DNA of 64,000 nucleotides from Plasmodiophora brassicae (Eukaryota): NCBI GenBank assembly GCA_036867785.1, contig CP145428.1, positions 1 to 64,000 of the forward strand, read 5' to 3'. Shown piece by piece: positions 58,401 to 64,000 of this stretch (position 1 is its first letter; each line of letters starts with the position of its first letter). The notes under the pieces were generated by a model. It saw only the letters and a program-made list of their open reading frames with translations, ran no database searches and was not told where the DNA came from. The position numbers and the translations under genes were made by a program.

Positions 58401-61400
58401 CGTGCCGCCTGTGGGTACCGCTGGGACGGTGAGAATGATGGAAGCGGTCGTCGTCACGCCGCCTGGAAAGCCGGCAGTGACTGTGAACCGGTACGTGGTG
58501 GAGTACCGCAGTACGTTCGGGGCCAGCACGAGCGCCAGCGTGTTCACCGGTGGGGTTAACGCGTTCCCGGACGCGGTCGACAGGTCCAGGGTGTCACAGT
58601 GCCATGACGTTGTCACCAGGCGCCGGTCGACGGCGGCTGGCGGGATCCTGGCATACAGCGCCAGGGGCTGGGCAGGATCCAGCAGCGGGGGCTCTTGTAG
58701 GCGAACCCAGAATGGCGAACTTGTCACCGGCGAGACGCCCCGGCCGGTTACACGAGTCGAGGCACGTGTTAGTCGGGCTGCTGCTCGTATTAGGCTTCCC
58801 CGTTCCGCCGATAGTCGTCATGTTGATCTTACCTCCCGTTGGGCGTCTCGTTGTTGTTTGCCCTCCTACTGTCGTCGGGCGTCTTGATGTACTCGGATGT
58901 CTTGACGTCGTCGAGTGGCTTGGCGTCTGATGTGTCGCTGCCAGGTGCTTTGTCGTCGGCCTGGTGGACCGTCTGGTGGTCGGACCCTGTCGCCGTGCGG
59001 TACTTGGACGCCTGCTTGCTGGATGATTTACTGACGTGAGTCGTCTCGAGGTTGCTGGATGCGTTGTCGCGGGCGGCCTTGTCGTCGATCGTATTGTGCT
59101 TGGTTGTCGTGTGGTAGGGTGCCTTGTGCTTGAGCGCTTTGCGTATGGTCGTCTTGTGGATGGTCGACTCGTGGAAGGTCGTCTCGTGGTAGGTCGTTCC
59201 GTAGTAGGTCGTCTCATAGTAGGTTGCCGCGTGGCAGACCGGCTCGTAGTAGGTCGTCTTGTGGTAGGTCGTCTCGTAGTCGCACGCCTCGTCGTAGGCC
59301 GTCTCGTGGTAGGTCGCCACGTAGTAGGTCGTCCCGTGGTTGGTCGTCTCGTAGTAGGTCGTCTCGTAGAAGGTGATCCTGCGGTAGGTTTTGTAGTAGG
59401 CCATCTTGAAGTAGGTCGCCTTGAAGTAGGTCGCCTTGAAGTGGATCGCTGCGTAGTCGGTGGTCTTGTAGTTGGACCTCGTCCTGTAGTAGGCCGCCTT
59501 GAAGTAGATGGCCTGGTGGTAGGTCGTCTCGTGGTAGGTCTTTTCGTAGTAGGTCGTCTTGAGGTAGGTCGCCTCGTAGTAATTCGATTCGCAGTGGGTC
59601 GTCTTGTAGTGGGTCGCCTCGTAGTGGGCCTCCTCGAAGTGGGTCGCCTCGTAGTTGGACGCCTCGTGGTAGGTCGCATCGTGGTTGGACGTTTTGTGGT
59701 AGATCGTCTCGTGGTGGGTCGTCTCGTGGTAGGTCGCCTCGTAGTGTGCCGCCTCGAAGTGGGTTGCCGCGTAGTTGGACGCCTCGTCGTAGGTCGTCTC
59801 GTAGTTGGACCTCTCGTAGTAAGACGTATCGTGGTAGGTCGTCTCGTGGTAGGTCGACCTGAGGTAGGCCGCCTCGTAGTAGGCCGTTTCGTAGTAGGTC
59901 GTCTTGTAGTAGATCGCTTTGTAGTAGGCCGCCTCGTGGTCGGTCGTCTCGTAGTAGGTCGTCCCGTGGTAGGTCGTCTCGTGGTAGGTCGCTTGGTAGT
60001 AGGTCGCCTTGTGCTGGGCTTAATAGTTGGTTTCCGTGTTGACGGTCTGGGACTTGGTGTTGGTGCAGGTGTTGGTGCAGGGCAGTATGGTCGACTGCCG
60101 ACAGCGTATGAGCCACCTCCTTTGGTGAAGTTCACCGGTGGCGGCAGCGGAACGCATGTCAGCGCGGTCATCTGCCAGTTGAGATCCCTATCCGCAAGGT
60201 CAAGACTGTGCACCGGAACCGTCTTATCGCTTGGTACAGGTTGCCTGACGTAGAATACGAGGTCAAGTTCTGGAACAAATACAGGTCCAGCGACGCAATG
60301 GACGGATTCTGGTTGATACCACTAATTAGCAAATACGCCCACATGATCAGTTCCATATGGCCACGACCCAAGCGCCGTATTCCATACAGCGATGTCAGCC
60401 GTGTCAGCATTGCGAAAAGGTTCGCGTTCAACGACGTCAACTTGTTGTTCCAGATATACCTGGGCGGGGAGCCTCAGCCGACGCTTCGCCCCAAATCACG
60501 TCGTGGAGGTAGCATACAGAGTCTGGAGCCTTGTCAGTGTGTCGAAGACGCCCAGTGGAAGCCCCGTAATGACGTTGCCACCCAGGTCCAGTTGCGTCAG
60601 GCCCGTTAAGTACCTGAACGCGTTCGAAGGCACGGTCTGTAAGGAGTTGGCGCTAAACCACCTGTAGGAGGCGCCAGTACGTCAATTAGCCAGAGCCAAA
60701 CCCAGTACTGTGCCTCGACATTTCCTCACAGCTGAGTCAACGCCGTTAGCGCGTCGAGGGACCCGGCCGTGATCGACGGTATTTGGTTGTTCGAGACGAC
60801 CCTGTACGAGCGGGTCAGTGGGTGTCGACCGGTTCGGTGTGGCTGCCACAACGTGCAATCACCGACAGGCTCTGCAATGACACGGGCAGTGCGCCGGTCG
60901 CTATCGCTTGCGTGATCTTGTTGCCAGAGATAATCCTGCGGCCCAGAACGCGTCAGACGCAGCGGTGGCACAGAGCGGCATACGTAATCTGGCAGACAGT
61001 TGCTGCAATGATGTTAACGTATTGAACACACCGATCTGGACTGTTGTGATCGAGTCCGAGCCGACGTTTCTGTTGGGCACACGATCGATTCGGTCACACT
61101 CGGCAGCGCTCTCTCGCGCGGGCCCTGATATACATTATCTGAAGCAACGGCATCGAGTCGAAAGCACCCGTCGTGATGGAAGTGATGCCGGGGTTGTGAT
61201 GGATACTTCTGCAATGCATATTAGTACTGTGAGCGCGCGTTGCTCTGCAACCGTGACGTGGCCGTACAAGAATTGAATGTTGCCAACGTTTGGCAAAGTC
61301 GAAAACCAGGTCGAGTTGATCGCGCCGGTGAGATTTGTCAATGGCGACACATCGCTGCATGCACATTAACCGACGAAGAAGATGCATTGGGCAGGTCACC

Positions 61401-61550
61401 ATACAGAGTGACGGAACCGGCGCATCCCTTCCCGTACCAGGTGCACAGGTTCGACGCGTGCGCCACGCTCCACAGAACAATAACCGTCCAGGAGCCGATT
61501 AGCCACGCCGCGCACGACGCCGACGCAGGCCTGATCCGCGACGTCGGCAT
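55488..61550 (-). CDS. Adhesion-GPCR/polycystin-like receptor B: signal, LRRs, PTTRR stalk, REJ-like region, GPS, 7TM
   Basis: Signal-like MPTSRIRPASASCAAWLIGSWTVIVLWSVAHA. Small LRR exons at 60240-61350. An intron at ~58782-58832 (GTAAGA...CAG) joins the stalk to SPFWVRLQ in frame. GPS CACTHLTDFAL and a 7TM region paralogous to receptor A. Confidence 0.85.
59040..60030 (-). repeat. Coding 15-bp tandem repeat (PTTRR/PTSRR) in receptor B
   Basis: Dozens of units of the CGACCTACTACGAGA type. Confidence 0.95.
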
Positions 61551-61784
61551 CTAGTTTAGGTTGGGGTACGGAATTCGATCGCGTCCCGTCCCGGCCGGGC
61601 CCATACTGTACCATTATATGTAGACCCAAACGGGGATATCAGCAGAGTTTGCACATATTCCATACGAGTGACCCACCACGTGATCGAGACCTTCAGCAGC
61701 CAATTAACGACTCCCGGCTCGATCAAGCAATGACAGCTGACTCTCCGGCCCCTGGGTTCGGGCACCTCCTCACAACGAGTTCGT

Positions 61785-63707
61785 CAGCAGCATGTGAACC
61801 ATGTGTTTGTATTTGTATCACAGATAGGCTCCTTGGTCATCAGCGGGGGATCAGCATATAACCTGGGTTCGATTCGGCAGTCCCCATAAGGCCTCCGCTA
61901 TACCCGGGTACGACCAATGCAGCCAATAGCATATCGGGTTCCCTGTAAGCACCCTGCGAACACACATGACAGCACACACATGGTCAACAGTGGACTTCAA
62001 TAGGATTGAACATGAGTGTCTCGCACAAGGTGCCCAGCGACGACATGCCGTCGAACGCCGCTTTCTCAATATACGTGATGTGGTTGTTGGCCAAACGCCT
62101 GTATACAATATCGTGTTTGTCAGTACTTATATCACAGAGCGCATAAAGCCTACAAGAAGGCCAGTGACGATAACCCGTTAAATACACCAGTCTCGACCGT
62201 ATCGATATAGTTGTTAGACAGCTCCCTGTACACGAAGTTCATCAGCTGTTCGCATTCGAATGCGCACCTCAAGTCAAGGCATACAGCTCTCGTAACGACG
62301 ACAGGCGATCGAACGCTCCTTGCTCAACAATCGAAACGCAATTATGGTCCATCCATCTGTGCACGACGCATGTCACCAGGGTACGGGTGTGTGATGCGTT
62401 CAACAGGTTCACGTGCAGTGTTAGCAAAGATGTTATCCTGCAGAACATGCCTCTCCGAATCCTTCCGATGAGGTTGTCGGACAGCCGTCTATACAGAACG
62501 CAGTTGGTCCCCCGCGTTTGGAACGTGGGCGAGACGTCAGCTCGATCACACGTACAGCTCCGTTAGCGATCCCATCGCATCGAGAGCGCCGTTCTCAACG
62601 TCGGCGATACGGTTTTGGTTTAACCATCTGTGCACGATACATAGAGGTTAAACCGGGGTGGCCCGTCTGCTCTCGGAACAAAGATGATTGCACACACAGG
62701 AACGCCAGGGTGGATATTCCATTGAACATGCCCTTCTTCACCGCACCGAGGCGGTTGTCAATCAACGACCTACATGCAATGAGAAACCGCATGACGCTGG
62801 TAAACGCCGCGCTTACAGTACAGAAAGGGATGGCAATGCTTGAAAAGTCCCGCCTTGAATATCCATAATGAGATTATCGTCTAGCCATCTGTGCGCACAA
62901 TATGGTTTAGTTCACAATACAGAGGCAGGTCGCCGAACAATGCAAACAATACAATAGCGCCAGTGATGGCATGCCTAGGAACGAGCCTTTGTGGACGAAC
63001 TCGATGTCGTTGTGTGACAAGTGTCTGAAACAGAGTCAACGACAAAAGGAATTCATTGCGCATTCATCAGCAGTAGTACACACAGCTCAGTGAGCGATGA
63101 CGTCCCATTGAAGGCCCCGCTCTGAACGAATGTGACGCGGTTGCGTTCCAGCGATCTGCAGGGGCGGTTGATCGCACCGGGACGACATTAAGACGACTTG
63201 CCGCAGCAGCGGAATATGCATACAAGTAGGTCAACGACGACATTCCGTCAAACACGCCCTGTTTGATGGACCCGATAGCGTTGCCAGCCAACGACCTATG
63301 CGCACATGAAAGGTGAACAGCTGGTGCGCTGGACACGGCGACGATCTGGCTGATACAGGACGGCCAGCCTCGACAGGGCGTGGAACGCGCCCCTTTCGAT
63401 CGACGTGACCCGGTTGTCCTGCAAGAATCTTGGACGGCGCTTCAGTTGACGGCGGCAGACGAACGAATTGGCACCCACAAGAGGGCCGCGTTCGTGACCC
63501 GAGCGAACATATCGGCGGTGAGATGTGTGAGATCGTTGCTACGCAGATCGCTGGACACGGGCACTTAAATATTTTCATAAAGCAGGATGCTGGACATCAG
63601 TTGTACACTAGCTCAGGGGAGCAGTCGACGCTGTCGGCAACGGCGTCGTGCGGCAGAAGCACGCACAGCACAATGGGCATCAGCAGCACTGACACCCGCA
63701 ACGACAT
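61785..63707 (-). CDS. Secreted LRR protein encoded by ~12 single-LRR exons of about 72 nt
   Basis: Signal MSLRVSVLLMPIVLCVLLPHDAVA. Exons such as LQDNRVTSIERGAFHALSRLAVL, LAGNAIGSIKQGVFDGMSSLTYL and LANNHITYIEKAAFDGMSSLGTL. Cap VLTGNPIC. The 3' end is uncertain (stop at 61851 or ~61785). Confidence 0.78.
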
Positions 63708-64000
63708 CGGCAATCTGCAGGGGGACGAACCAGGACGGTTGCGGTTGATCATCAGGACCTTGCGGCCAATACCCTCTGCCATCCTGGACACGGTGCCCAC
63801 CGATGGACAAGTCACGCGCACGAACAACAATCGGGTCGGAACAGCAGGACGTGCAAGAAAAAGGGGGGCCCGAACCTCCGAATCCAACAATAGCCGCGCG
63901 CGGGTTGCAGGCCGGCGACGTCTTCCGGGTCGCGAAATGACGAAGGTATCCTGTGTGACTGGCATCGGTGTAGCCCATGTGGGTGGTGTGGGCGGGGACT

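Noticed and set aside
58727-58840. Apparent frameshift in receptor B between stalk and REJ region
   Set aside because: A ~50-nt GTAAGA...CAG intron with a CTAAT branch-like motif restores the frame.
59036-60253. Long plus-strand ORFs of VVGRL repeats (also 49647-50543)
   Set aside because: They are antisense shadows of the PTTRR stalk, which is in frame with the receptor domains on the minus strand.
1-64000. Transposon, retroelement, rRNA or tRNA genes
   Set aside because: I saw no transposase, reverse transcriptase or integrase motifs, terminal repeats, or RNA-gene signatures by eye. Degenerate elements cannot be excluded.

Overview
This is the left end of a compact, GC-rich eukaryotic chromosome. 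About 283 bp of (CCCTAAAA)n telomere (TTTTAGGG type) is followed by densely packed genes with short (~50-90 nt) GT-AG introns. The telomere motif, intron style and gene repertoire suggest a plasmodiophorid protist such as Plasmodiophora brassicae (inference, not verified). Genes in order: a membrane-anchored GH6 glycoside hydrolase; a ~3-3.8 kb tandem duplication carrying a putative glycosyltransferase and a metallothionein whose ATG appears split by an intron; an LRR membrane protein; a CAMK-like kinase; a TBC-like gene; two PA-like/7TM paralogues; TIM9; a Borealin-like gene; a large Cys-rich surface protein; an MscS-like channel; a secreted SKP1/BTB-ankyrin protein with two decayed copies; CTF8; QTRT2 and QTRT1 head-to-head; a GH18 chitinase; two giant adhesion-GPCR/polycystin-like receptors; and an LRR gene built from 72-nt exons. 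The main highlights are (1) the receptor pair, which shares a PTTRR stalk-REJ-GPS-7TM chassis but carries different ectodomains (4x6 NHL versus LRR), (2) both tRNA-guanine transglycosylase subunits on a 160-bp divergent spacer, and (3) the secreted SKP1-ankyrin fusion. All exon structures and family calls come from reading by eye; no searches were run.
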